Assembly (NCBI GenBank): GCA_964434145.1
Contig: CAYSUG010000004.1
Span: 1 to 59,959, forward strand
Direction of reading: 5' to 3'
Origin: an uncultured Christensenella sp.
Lineage (GTDB): Bacteria; Bacillota; Clostridia; Christensenellales; UBA1242
DNA: 59,959 nt
A program made the translations under genes and the position numbers. This document shows positions 21,378 to 30,190 of the stretch, piece by piece (positions within the stretch are counted from its first letter, which is position 1; every line of letters starts with the position of its first letter). The notes under the pieces were generated by a model. The model ran no database searches, was not told the origin of the DNA, and saw only the letters and a program-made list of their open reading frames with translations.

Positions 21378-23213
21378 TTAACTGCTAGTATCAATTTCTA
21401 CCATATACCAATAATATTCATACATTGCAGATTGAATTGTCTCCGAGTATAACTGGATTCCATCGTCAGAATAAGCCCAATCTTGGTTAGCATGAAAGGC
21501 ACTGCTCATATCTCCTTGTGGCATAACAACTACATTAGATGCAATATTATCCAATAAATAATGCCATGGGCCCCACTTAGAAGTATCAGCTTCACTTGAT
21601 TTATCCTTTAAGAAATTGGCCGTTGTTGAACCTTCAATCTTGCCATAACTAAATGTTCCATGACCTACTATTGCACCAGTGTTACTGAATGTAGAATCTA
21701 AAAATACATAACTATCTGTTATTGAACAATTTGAAACTTTTGATATAGAAGCATATCCACATACGCCACCAACACTATTTTGATCGCTATATACATTGAC
21801 GTTAACAACATCACAGTTCTTTACTTCTGCCAATTCAAATGTAATCCAACCTGTAGAATAACTATCTTTATACTGATAATGTGATATAGTATTGTGAAGA
21901 TAACCAACTACTGAACCAACATAGTAACCACCCTCAACTGTGGCAGAATTGATGTTAATATTCTCTATAACACCACATCTAACATAACCAAATAGTCCTA
22001 TTCCTGCAGAATAATTTCCTTCAGCTTCGCCATTCTTGTTTCCTACCCCAGTACCCACTTCTTGGATATTTAGATTATATATTGTTTTTTCTCCTTCACA
22101 GCCAAAACCTGCACTTGTTGTAGTGAAATATCCAGAGAAACATCTATAATTACCAGTCCATCCATAGCCACTACCAATAGGCTCAAACTTGTATCCACCT
22201 AGATCTATATCGCATCCCAATACAAAAGTAGTTCTCACAATATTATTTGCACCTTGATCATTCGTTCGGAACGCCACATTACTCTCTGTATATTCAGAAT
22301 GGTTAATATAATCAGCAAGGGCAATCAGATCCGCAGCGGACTGTATTAGTACAGTTCTATCAATCTTTGCCACTCTATCATCAATAGTCTCATTACCAGT
22401 TAATTCAAAATCACTAAGTGTAACAAAGTCTAAATTACCATAACCCGCAAGAGGATTATCTGTATACACCGCAAAAACGTGCGAATCACCATCTACAAAC
22501 GAACCATCCCATGTACTTAACGCAATCTCATTATGTTGCCATTCAGCTGCTGTGGCTAAATTTAGCTGAATATAGTCTTCGTCATATATATCATAACTAA
22601 TTAATATTATTAATTCCATCTTATAATTGTCAATATCTATAGTTGCATCATTAACCTCTAATACAACAAAAAAGTCTGTACTATTCTGTGATGTTGTATT
22701 AGCAGCAATAGATGCAAAATGCACACCTTTGTAGCTTTGAGCTTCTGCAATCGTTGCTCCCATACTTACCTTGACGTTAGATTGCTTATTTACGCCCTTT
22801 GCCTCTGCCTTGATCTGTAATTGTCTAGTATTAGACTCGTTTGGTGTTGCGGTGTTTAGAATATTAAATTTATATACAGCCTTATCTGTAGCATCTAATA
22901 TTACCTTGTCAAATTCTGCACCACTCTTAGTTGCTACTCCATTAGTACCAGAGTCAGATGCCTTGAATTCTATCTTATGCTCAGTCTCAGATGTACCATT
23001 AATTATTGATATATCTTCTATCTTATCACTGCTATGCAATTGTCCACTAGCTGTTACAATACAATCTACATTATTAGCAGTATAGGATACTGTCATTGTG
23101 TTGTTAAGGTTTGCTTGGCTAGCAACCAATACTATCCCAACAGCTAGGCCAATGATAACAAGAACCATTACCGAAATTATAGTAATAATGGCTATTTTTT
23201 GTTTTGATTTCAC
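21378..23213 (-). CDS. N-terminally anchored surface protein: family-specific beta-rich N-domain plus C-terminal GLUG-like parallel beta-helix region
   Basis: The likely start is the GTG at 23213 (VKSKQKIAIITIISVMVLVIIGL) with an AAGGAG SD 7 nt upstream. The C-terminal half has IQSAADLIALADYIN...LGCDIDLGGYKFEPIG...FSGYF...GIGLFGYV...YVGSVVGYL, typical of GLUG-motif adhesin or protease-associated repeats. Confidence 0.8.
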   Translation of the reverse strand: MKSKQKIAIITIISVMVLVIIGLAVGIVLVASQANLNNTMTVSYTANNVDCIVTASGQLHSSDKIEDISIINGTSETEHKIEFKASDSGTNGVATKSGAEFDKVILDATDKAVYKFNILNTATPNESNTRQLQIKAEAKGVNKQSNVKVSMGATIAEAQSYKGVHFASIAANTTSQNSTDFFVVLEVNDATIDIDNYKMELIILISYDIYDEDYIQLNLATAAEWQHNEIALSTWDGSFVDGDSHVFAVYTDNPLAGYGNLDFVTLSDFELTGNETIDDRVAKIDRTVLIQSAADLIALADYINHSEYTESNVAFRTNDQGANNIVRTTFVLGCDIDLGGYKFEPIGSGYGWTGNYRCFSGYFTTTSAGFGCEGEKTIYNLNIQEVGTGVGNKNGEAEGNYSAGIGLFGYVRCGVIENININSATVEGGYYVGSVVGYLHNTISHYQYKDSYSTGWITFELAEVKNCDVVNVNVYSDQNSVGGVCGYASISKVSNCSITDSYVFLDSTFSNTGAIVGHGTFSYGKIEGSTTANFLKDKSSEADTSKWGPWHYLLDNIASNVVVMPQGDMSSAFHANQDWAYSDDGIQLYSETIQSAMYEYYWYMVEIDTSS

Positions 23214-23273
23214 CTCTTTTCTCCTTATCTTTATATTATTATACGCAATTAATACCCCCATAATCCTATAGTG

Positions 23274-23306
23274 ATTATACCATCCCCCCCCCCCCCCCAG
23301 GTGCAA
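23274..23306 (-). promoter_or_regulatory. candidate promoter TTGCAC-(21 nt spacer containing G15)-TGgTATAAT
   Basis: On the minus strand, TTGCAC is at 23306-23301, followed by CTG, G15 at 23298-23284, ATGG, and TATAAT at 23279-23274 (TGn extended -10). Confidence 0.6.
23284..23298 (-). repeat. homopolymeric G15 tract (C15 on the plus strand)
   Basis: Counted directly: 15 consecutive C at 23284-23298. Confidence 0.95.
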
Positions 23307-23450
23307 CTAAATAAGCGGCATAATCTATAATTTTGCGACAATTAGCCGTATTCCATTGTTAATTTTGCACGATTATTATACTACAAAGACTCCAATATTA
23401 ACACATGTATATACACACAGATGACTTGTCTAAATATAATCTATGTGTTA

Positions 23451-23500
23451 TTGCAACTAGCGTTGCAAAGTGCTATCGCACTGCAGCCATTGGCAATGGC
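23451..23500. repeat. cluster of three adjacent palindromes in an orphan intergenic region
   Basis: TTGCAACTAGCGTTGCAA at 23451-23468, AGTGCTATCGCACT at 23469-23482 and GCCATTGGCAATGGC at 23486-23500. The cluster is flanked by the direct 11-mer TACACACAGAT at 23412-23422 and 23501-23511. Confidence 0.8.
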
Positions 23501-23719
23501 TACACACAGATTGAATGAACATCAGTTTTGCTTGAACATGTCTAGCAACACTTTCAGACAAAACTTTCGATAAAATTAATAATAGTGTGCTAATATAATC
23601 TGATATTCGCATATATATTATTAGTGACTTAATTATACTGAAATATTGACATTAATTACAAAAGCAATCGACTATTTTCAACAAAAAAATCAATAATATA
23701 TAAAATTTAGAAAATATGT

Positions 23720-23747
23720 TTGTAATTTTTCCGAGTTTAAGTATAAT
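23720..23747 (+). promoter_or_regulatory. candidate promoter (TTGTAA-16 nt-TATAAT) of the 73-aa membrane protein gene
   Basis: TTGTAA is at 23720-23725 and TATAAT at 23742-23747, about 33 nt upstream of the ATG at 23780. Confidence 0.5.
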
Positions 23748-23779
23748 ATAGGTATATAAAACAAGAAGGAGAAAAAAAT

Positions 23780-24001
23780 ATGGCAAAGAATTCTGATTAT
23801 TTTGGTTTGAGTAGAATTATTAGCTTGATCCTAGCAATCATTCCAGTTACATCATGGATCTGTGGTGCTGTAACAAGATTTGCGGAAGGCAAGATTGTTG
23901 CTGGTCTAATCAGATTAATCTTTGGTTTCACTATTGTGTGGATCCTAGACTTAATCTTCATGATTTTGAACGGCAAGATTTGCAGACTACTTAACGTTTA
24001 A
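23780..24001 (+). CDS. small two-TM membrane protein (73 aa), unknown function
   Basis: A strong SD (AAGGAG), two hydrophobic helices, and its own terminator. Confidence 0.65.
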   Translation: MAKNSDYFGLSRIISLILAIIPVTSWICGAVTRFAEGKIVAGLIRLIFGFTIVWILDLIFMILNGKICRLLNV

Positions 24002-24016
24002 TTTGTTTTATTGTAT

Positions 24017-24044
24017 GAGTCAGGCGATGCCTGACTCTTCTTTT
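24017..24044 (+). terminator. rho-independent terminator of the 73-aa gene
   Basis: GAGTCAGGC-GAT-GCCTGACTC forms a 9-bp perfect stem, followed by TTCTTTT. Confidence 0.85.
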
Positions 24045-24080
24045 AAAAAACGACTATATTGAAAACAATTCAATATAGTC
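24045..24080 (-). terminator. rho-independent terminator after fhs
   Basis: A 12-bp perfect stem (GACTATATTGAA and TTCAATATAGTC) with a 5-nt loop is followed on the minus strand by a T-run. Confidence 0.8.
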
Positions 24081-24093
24081 ATTTTTTTCATAA

Positions 24094-25740
24094 TCAATAT
24101 AAACCAGAGATATCGCCATCTTTGGTTATAGTCATCCCCTCATATGCAGGTGTTTTGTTTAGTCCTGGCATTAGGAGCATCTTACCCAGCAGCACAACCA
24201 CAAACCCAGCCCCTGTTCGTACCTCTATATCCTTCACTGTTATCTCAAAATCTTTTGGAGCACCCAGGGCATTCTTATCATCTGTTAGGCTATACTGTGT
24301 CTTTGCCACAATTATAGGAAGATTGTCCAGCCCCAATTTCTTTATCATATTAATACTAGCATTTGCTTCCTTAGTATATAGCACCTTTTTGGCCCCATAC
24401 ACTCTTCTTGCTACACTCTTGACCTTGTCCTTAATAGACGATTCTATATCGTAGGCGTAGCCCATATCATACGATATATTACACTCCGCCATAACCATAC
24501 TAGCCAAACCTATGGCTCCCTTGCCACCCATTGCCCATACATCATTTACTGCAAATGGAGTATTGGTCTGACGCACCAAATTAGCTACCATCTCTATCTC
24601 GCTATCTGTATCAGAGGTATATCTATTGAGTGTAACAACTACTGGAGTATGGAAAATATCCTTGATATTATCAATATGTTTCTTTAGATTAGTAAATCCG
24701 ATACCTACAGCATCAACATTCTCTTTCTTTAGATCTTCTTTTGCTACTCCACCATGCAATTTCAATGCAGGAATAGTTGCTACTATCACTACACAATTAG
24801 GCTTCAGCCCAGCTATCTTACACTTGTAATCAAAGAACTTCTCAGCACCCAAGTCTGCTCCAAAGCCTGCCTCTGTAATAGTATATTTTGCATGGGACAT
24901 ACCTAGTCTTGTAGCCCTAACACTGCTACAACCATGTGCAATATTGGCAAATGGCCCACAATGGATAAGAGCTGGTGTACCAGCCAGAGTCTGTACCAGA
25001 TTGGGCATAATTGCATCCTGCAATAGTATTGTACACGCATCCTCTACCTTCAGATCCCTGGCATATACAGCCTTACCAGACTTATCCAGAGCTATCATAA
25101 TGTTGCCTATCCTACGCTTTAAGTCATCCAAGTCTGATGTAACAGACAGAATTGCCATAATCTCGCTAGCTGCAGTAATATTGAATCTATCTTCCCTGCT
25201 AGTCTTGCTATCTATCTTAATAGTTATATCCCTCAAAGCACGATCATTAAGGTCTAGGCATCTATTGAATAATATCTTTTTAGGATTGATATTAAGGGAA
25301 TTGCCTTGGAATATATGATTGTCTATAGCACTACAGATCAAATTATTAGCAGTTGTTATAGCATGGAAATCTCCTGTAAAATGAAGATTGATATCCTCCA
25401 TAGGTATAACCTGTGAGTAACCACCGCCTGTAGCGCCACCTTTCATGCCAAACACTGGTCCCATAGAAGGCTCTCTTAATGCCAAACATACAGATTGTTT
25501 CGCCATAGACATTGCATCAGCAAGGCCAATAGAGACTGTTGTCTTACCATTACCTGCAGCAGTAGGATTGATAGAGGTAACCAGAATCAACTTGGCATCT
25601 TCTCTAACACTAGGCTCTTTTGCCACCTTTGCCACATTCTTGCCATATAGCCTTAAATCTTTCTTAGAAATTCTTAATTTTTTAGCCACTTTTGTAATAT
25701 CCAGTGGTCTTACGCTATGTGCTATCTCTATATCTGTCAT
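24094..25740 (-). CDS. fhs: formate--tetrahydrofolate ligase
   Basis: 548 aa. MTDIEIA...ILVTSINPTAAGNGKTT and the overall pattern are typical of FTHFS. Confidence 0.97.
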   Translation of the reverse strand: MTDIEIAHSVRPLDITKVAKKLRISKKDLRLYGKNVAKVAKEPSVREDAKLILVTSINPTAAGNGKTTVSIGLADAMSMAKQSVCLALREPSMGPVFGMKGGATGGGYSQVIPMEDINLHFTGDFHAITTANNLICSAIDNHIFQGNSLNINPKKILFNRCLDLNDRALRDITIKIDSKTSREDRFNITAASEIMAILSVTSDLDDLKRRIGNIMIALDKSGKAVYARDLKVEDACTILLQDAIMPNLVQTLAGTPALIHCGPFANIAHGCSSVRATRLGMSHAKYTITEAGFGADLGAEKFFDYKCKIAGLKPNCVVIVATIPALKLHGGVAKEDLKKENVDAVGIGFTNLKKHIDNIKDIFHTPVVVTLNRYTSDTDSEIEMVANLVRQTNTPFAVNDVWAMGGKGAIGLASMVMAECNISYDMGYAYDIESSIKDKVKSVARRVYGAKKVLYTKEANASINMIKKLGLDNLPIIVAKTQYSLTDDKNALGAPKDFEITVKDIEVRTGAGFVVVLLGKMLLMPGLNKTPAYEGMTITKDGDISGLY

Positions 25741-25741
25741 A

Positions 25742-26347
25742 CTATTTCCTCCAATTACCTTTCTGTATATTATCTAGTAAATCCACCAAAGCTCTCTTTC
25801 TATGCGATACGCTATTCTTTTCCTCAACAGTCGCTTCACCAAATGTCTTAGCTAAGTCAAAGCTATAGAATATACAATCGTAGCCAAAGCTGGTATCTCC
25901 TCTGTAGCTAGTTGTAACCTCGCCATATGTCTTGCCCACTCCATACAGATATGAGCCGTCTGGTCTAATACACGCTATGACACTAGCAAAATACGCATTC
26001 CTATTAGATTGGTCTGCCAAATCCTTGAGTAATTTCTGCCTATTAGCCTCGTCATCACTATCGAATCCTGCATATCTGGCAGAATACACGCCCGGAGCAC
26101 CATTCAACGCCTCGCAGCATATCCCGCTATCATCCGCCATTACCCAGTAGTCAAGACTTTTCTCATTCAGATACTCTCTAATTGCTCTAGCCTTAATCAG
26201 AGAATTGGCATAGAAATCCGAGCCATTCTCCTCTATATCGCCTACAAATCCTACATCCTTCATACTAATAACATTGTAGTCGGTCAATATCTCTCTAAAC
26301 TCTCGCAATTTGTGCATATTGCCAGTAGCTAGAACTATAGTCTGCAT
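25742..26347 (-). CDS. rdgB: non-canonical purine NTP pyrophosphatase (RdgB/HAM1 family)
   Basis: 201 aa with the motifs LATGNMHKLREF, GAPGVYSARY and FGYDCIF. Confidence 0.9.
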   Translation of the reverse strand: MQTIVLATGNMHKLREFREILTDYNVISMKDVGFVGDIEENGSDFYANSLIKARAIREYLNEKSLDYWVMADDSGICCEALNGAPGVYSARYAGFDSDDEANRQKLLKDLADQSNRNAYFASVIACIRPDGSYLYGVGKTYGEVTTSYRGDTSFGYDCIFYSFDLAKTFGEATVEEKNSVSHRKRALVDLLDNIQKGNWRK

Positions 26348-26439
26348 ATATCTCTCACCCCCATATTATCAGTTTCATTGTAGCACAAATGAGATAAAAT
26401 ACGCAATCAAACAGCTATCCAATAGCAAAATATAACAAT

Positions 26440-26474
26440 AAAAAATAGAGAAATGATAAAAGCATCACTTCTCT
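26440..26474 (-). terminator. rho-independent terminator after tsaD
   Basis: On the minus strand, AGAGAAGTGAT-GCTTTT-ATCATTTCTCT (11 bp, 1 mismatch) is followed by ATTTTTT. Confidence 0.7.
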
Positions 26475-26486
26475 TTGCTTTGAATT

Positions 26487-27566
26487 TTATTTTGTTGTAT
26501 ATTTCAGATTCATTAACGAATTTGGTGTTAAATCAAGGTCGCTTAATCCTTCTCCAGACCTTATCAAATAATATGCCTCTGCACCCACCATGCCAGCATT
26601 GTCTGTACAAAGAATTGGCGTTGGATAGTATAATTGCAACTTGTTAAGGCTAGCTTCATCTCCCAGACGCTGTCTAAGGTGTGAGTTACAAGCCACACCA
26701 CCTGCCATAACTACTTTTGCTATCTTATACCTCTTCGCTGCATTAATTGCCTTGATCACAACCTCGTCCACTGCTTGCTCTTGGAACGATGCACACACAT
26801 CCTCCACCACGGGCTTCTCACCTTTTTGCTCTAGCTTGTGGATATAATTAATAACGGCAGTCTTCAGCCCACTATAGCTGAAGTTAGTCTCTTTCTTATT
26901 ATAATTAGGCTTTACGAACTGGATACTGTTCTTGCCTTGTTTTGCCAGTCTATCCACAACAGGACCTCCAGGATAGCCTAGTCCAAGAACCTTAGCAACC
27001 TTGTCATAAGCCTCGCCTATCGCATCGTCATGGGTTGTGCCAAGCACATTGTATCTGTTGTATGACTGCACATGAATCAGTGCAGTATGTCCACCAGACA
27101 CCACTAGTGCCAAGAATGGCGGAGTCAAATCTGGACTAGAAATATAGTTGGCAGAAATATGTGCCTTGATATGATTAACCTTGATTAGTGGCACATTTAG
27201 GGCAAATGCTAGTGACTTAGCATAATTAACCCCCACCATAAGAGAACCTACCAACCCCGCACCATAGGTTACCGCCACAGCATCTATATCAGACAGTGTC
27301 AGCTTAGACTCTAGCAATGCTCTATCCACTATATTGGATATTGCCAGCAAGTGATTCCTACTAGCAACTTCTGGGACAACCCCACCAAACTTCGCATGGA
27401 TATCTATTTGGCTAGAAATAACATTAGATAGCACCTCTCTGCCATTTCTAACAATCGCAACGCTAGTATCATCACAACTACTCTCGATTGCCAGTATTGT
27501 GATATCACTCTTGGTCATCAATTTATTGAATTTTTCCTTTGCAAGATCTATATACATCATATCCAC
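26487..27566 (-). CDS. tsaD: tRNA N6-adenosine threonylcarbamoyltransferase TsaD
   Basis: ILAIESSCDDTSVAIV, VSGGHT and the MAGGVACN motifs are present. The exact start is ambiguous: GTG at 27566, or the ATGs 6-9 nt downstream after AGGTGG. Confidence 0.93.
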   Translation of the reverse strand: MDMMYIDLAKEKFNKLMTKSDITILAIESSCDDTSVAIVRNGREVLSNVISSQIDIHAKFGGVVPEVASRNHLLAISNIVDRALLESKLTLSDIDAVAVTYGAGLVGSLMVGVNYAKSLAFALNVPLIKVNHIKAHISANYISSPDLTPPFLALVVSGGHTALIHVQSYNRYNVLGTTHDDAIGEAYDKVAKVLGLGYPGGPVVDRLAKQGKNSIQFVKPNYNKKETNFSYSGLKTAVINYIHKLEQKGEKPVVEDVCASFQEQAVDEVVIKAINAAKRYKIAKVVMAGGVACNSHLRQRLGDEASLNKLQLYYPTPILCTDNAGMVGAEAYYLIRSGEGLSDLDLTPNSLMNLKYTTK

Positions 27567-27570
27567 CTAC

Positions 27571-28672
27571 TTATTTGATATATAGCAAGTATTTCTCTAT
27601 AAAATCAGCTAAGCTGCCATTCATAACGCCATCTATATCACTAGTCTCACAACCCGTCCTTAAGTCCTTAACCAATGTATATGGACAGAAGACATAGCTA
27701 CGTATCTGACTACCCCATTCTATCTTCTTCGACTCACCTTTCAGGCTCATAGCACGTTCCATATTTTTTTGAATCTCTAATTGAGTCAATTTGGACACCA
27801 GCATCCTCATTGCCACCTCTCTATTCTGAGTCTGAGACCTCTCGTTTTGACACGTAACCACTATTCCTGTAGGGAAATGTGTAATTCTAATAGCACTATC
27901 AGTCGTATTAACGTGCTGACCACCAGCTCCGCTAGCACGATATGTGTCTATTCTAATATCTTCTGGATTAATAGCAATATTAACATTATTATCAATCTCT
28001 GGCATTACCTCTACGCTGGCAAAGGATGTATGCCTACGCTTGTTGGCATCAAATGGAGATATCCTAACCAATCTATGCACACCCATCTCACCCTTGAGAT
28101 AACCATAGGCATTATCACCTATGACTGCAAATGTTACACTCTTGTATCCCGCACCATCTCCGTCTAGACTATCATATTCCTTGATCTTATACCCATTCTT
28201 CGTAGCATACGCCTGATACATCCTATACAGCATCTCTACCCAATCGCAAGACTCTGTGCCGCCAGCACCACTATGTATCTTGATAATTGCATTAGAGTTG
28301 TCGTATTCGCCAGTCAGTAGCGTCTTGAGATATAGCGCCTTCACCTTATCTGCTGTATCATCCAGCAGATTATCAACGTGTGCTATATACGATTCGTCGT
28401 CCTCCATCTCCGTTATCTCTATATAATCCTTGCATGACTCCAGACTACTCTTTACATCCAGATACTCTAATTTCTTTCCCACTAATTCCTTTTGCCTTTT
28501 TGAGAGTCTCTGCAGTTCTGCCATATTGCCATATATATCTGGATTCTCTAGATCCTTAGCAACAGCATCAATATCCTTGTCCAAAGCATCTATGTCAAAG
28601 ACAGTCGGTGATTAATGCAAAGTTACCGACCAAACTCTTTAATTTATCTTTTTGATTATTAAGTATTAACAT
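27571..28672 (-). CDS. prfB: peptide chain release factor 2, requiring a programmed +1 frameshift
   Basis: Frame 0 runs from the ATG at 28672 for 25 codons ([25 protein letters not shown]) to an in-frame TGA at 28597-28595. The +1 frame continues [12 protein letters not shown]... and contains the SPF-type region and [11 protein letters not shown] (the GGQ motif). Confidence 0.95.
28594..28600 (-). promoter_or_regulatory. prfB: RF2 autoregulatory +1 frameshift site CTT TGA C
   Basis: The heptamer CTTTGAC was read directly on the minus strand. Confidence 0.9.
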
Positions 28673-28683
28673 ATCAATTTTCC

Positions 28684-29373
28684 TTATTTCTCATTATTTT
28701 GCATTTCATATTCTCTAGGAGTAAAGAAGAATGTATCATAACCTTCTGTATTGAAATATCTACTAGGCACCAATTTCTTGAACTTATTCTTCAGCATCGC
28801 CTTCTGACTAGCAATATTCCTACCATGTACAAATGCCATAACAGTACTAATATCTTTAGCCGTGGTGAAATATTCTAGATTCTCCGTTATAGACCTTATC
28901 ACCCTAGTGCCAACTCCTTGATTTTGGAACTGAGGATTGACTATTAGATAATTGATGTCAACTGCATTCTCGCCATTATCCCTTGCCAGAATCTCCTCGG
29001 CATCAGAGATTGTCACATACTCTACACCCTCACCTACCTCTATATTCTGGATATATCTCTCCAAAGCATACTTTGGCACCAAATACTCCCTGGCGGTAAT
29101 GTATGCCGTAGCAACCATGTCAGAGCCCTGCATAGCACAATACAGATACTGATTGCCATATGGCAGACTTTTGTTAAATTCCTTCAAGTAATCACCAAGA
29201 TTTTCACCCCTTATGATATATTCCCCGATATTGTGACTATGCCATGTATTAAGTGTATCTATACAGCTATCAAATTCCTTCAAGTCTCCATCCAATAACA
29301 CCTCATCTGAGTCTACCGCCAAATGAAAACCTTTCCATAACAACTCATTGTCTTTGTCTTCTAATACTCTCAT
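28684..29373 (-). CDS. GNAT-family N-acetyltransferase with a family-specific N-terminal domain of about 100 aa (paralog 1 of 3)
   Basis: 229 aa with the acetyl-CoA motif IVNPQFQNQGVGTRVI and NIASQKAMLKNKF. The N-terminus MRVLEDKDNELLWKG is shared with the two upstream paralogs. Confidence 0.8.
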   Translation of the reverse strand: MRVLEDKDNELLWKGFHLAVDSDEVLLDGDLKEFDSCIDTLNTWHSHNIGEYIIRGENLGDYLKEFNKSLPYGNQYLYCAMQGSDMVATAYITAREYLVPKYALERYIQNIEVGEGVEYVTISDAEEILARDNGENAVDINYLIVNPQFQNQGVGTRVIRSITENLEYFTTAKDISTVMAFVHGRNIASQKAMLKNKFKKLVPSRYFNTEGYDTFFFTPREYEMQNNEK

Positions 29374-29497
29374 TATATTACACCTTGTAACTTATATATT
29401 CTAACACACGCCAATTAATAAACCAAATATTGATATAACTAAATTATATTTTTTATTTTAAGATTTTTCATTTTTATGGCAGATATTCTTTTCTTCT

Positions 29498-30190
29498 TTA
29501 TAATTCTTTGTCCTCTATCACATGATAATACATATCGAATCCGTCAGGAATATTAAATTCGTCAAAATCGGGATCCTTGTATATAGGTAGCCAACCACTA
29601 CGCTGAAATGCTACCTTGCTGGCAGTATTACAATTGTGTATCCCTGCACTCATATATCTAATATCTGGACTGCCAGTAAAGAACTCTGGATTAGTATTGA
29701 TAGAACTTATCGCCCTAGTTCCTATCCTTTTACCCTTACCTAGCATATGTGGTGCTGCCACTATATAGTCTAGGTACGCACTATTGTGTACAGTGGAATT
29801 GTCCAATACATCAATAGCATCGTTAAGTGACAAACACCTCTCTACGCCATTAATGCCATATTTTTCACAGTACTCTATATAACGTTGCAGATCCATCATT
29901 TCAATTACACTACCATTTTCCAACATAACCACTGCAGCTAAATCACCAGAATCGTACGCAAAATATGAGCAACTAGTATAACAAAATGATAAAAAATCAC
30001 CTAATAAAGCTCTTCGTGTAATATACCGTTCAATATCTTCAGACTGCCACGAGTTTAACTCTAACCTCAGCTCATTCAATTGCTTGATATCCTCTGATGC
30101 AAACACCTTTTCGCCATTGATTGTGTCTATATATTGAGCAGTATACCATACTAGCTCATTTACACTATCCTCGAACATTTTCATTGACAT
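29498..30190 (-). CDS. GNAT-like acetyltransferase (paralog 2 of 3)
   Basis: The likely start is the ATG at 30190 (MSMKMFEDSVNELVWYT) after a GGAAGGAAA SD. VAAPHMLGKGKRIGTRAI occupies the P-loop-like position. It overlaps the end of paralog 3 by 26 nt. Confidence 0.7.
   Translation of the reverse strand: MSMKMFEDSVNELVWYTAQYIDTINGEKVFASEDIKQLNELRLELNSWQSEDIERYITRRALLGDFLSFCYTSCSYFAYDSGDLAAVVMLENGSVIEMMDLQRYIEYCEKYGINGVERCLSLNDAIDVLDNSTVHNSAYLDYIVAAPHMLGKGKRIGTRAISSINTNPEFFTGSPDIRYMSAGIHNCNTASKVAFQRSGWLPIYKDPDFDEFNIPDGFDMYYHVIEDKEL

Noticed and set aside
23214-23306. The N-terminal extension MHLGGGGGWYNHYRIMGVLIAYNNIKIRRKE of the 642-aa ORF in the ORF track.
   Set aside because: The GGGGG is just the translated G15 tract, and the TTG start has no SD. 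A strong AAGGAG SD precedes the GTG at 23213, and the paralog at 59829 has the identical start context. I treat the extension as promoter plus 5'-UTR.
23421-23573. A 50-codon plus-strand ORF (MTCLNIIYVLLQLALQSAIALQPLAMATHR...) running through the palindrome cluster, and a 21-codon Cys-containing minus-strand ORF (MFIQSVCSHCQWLQCDSTLQR).
   Set aside because: Neither has a Shine-Dalgarno sequence or a convincing promoter context. The palindromes explain the open frames just as well. They are worth testing only if transcript data appear.
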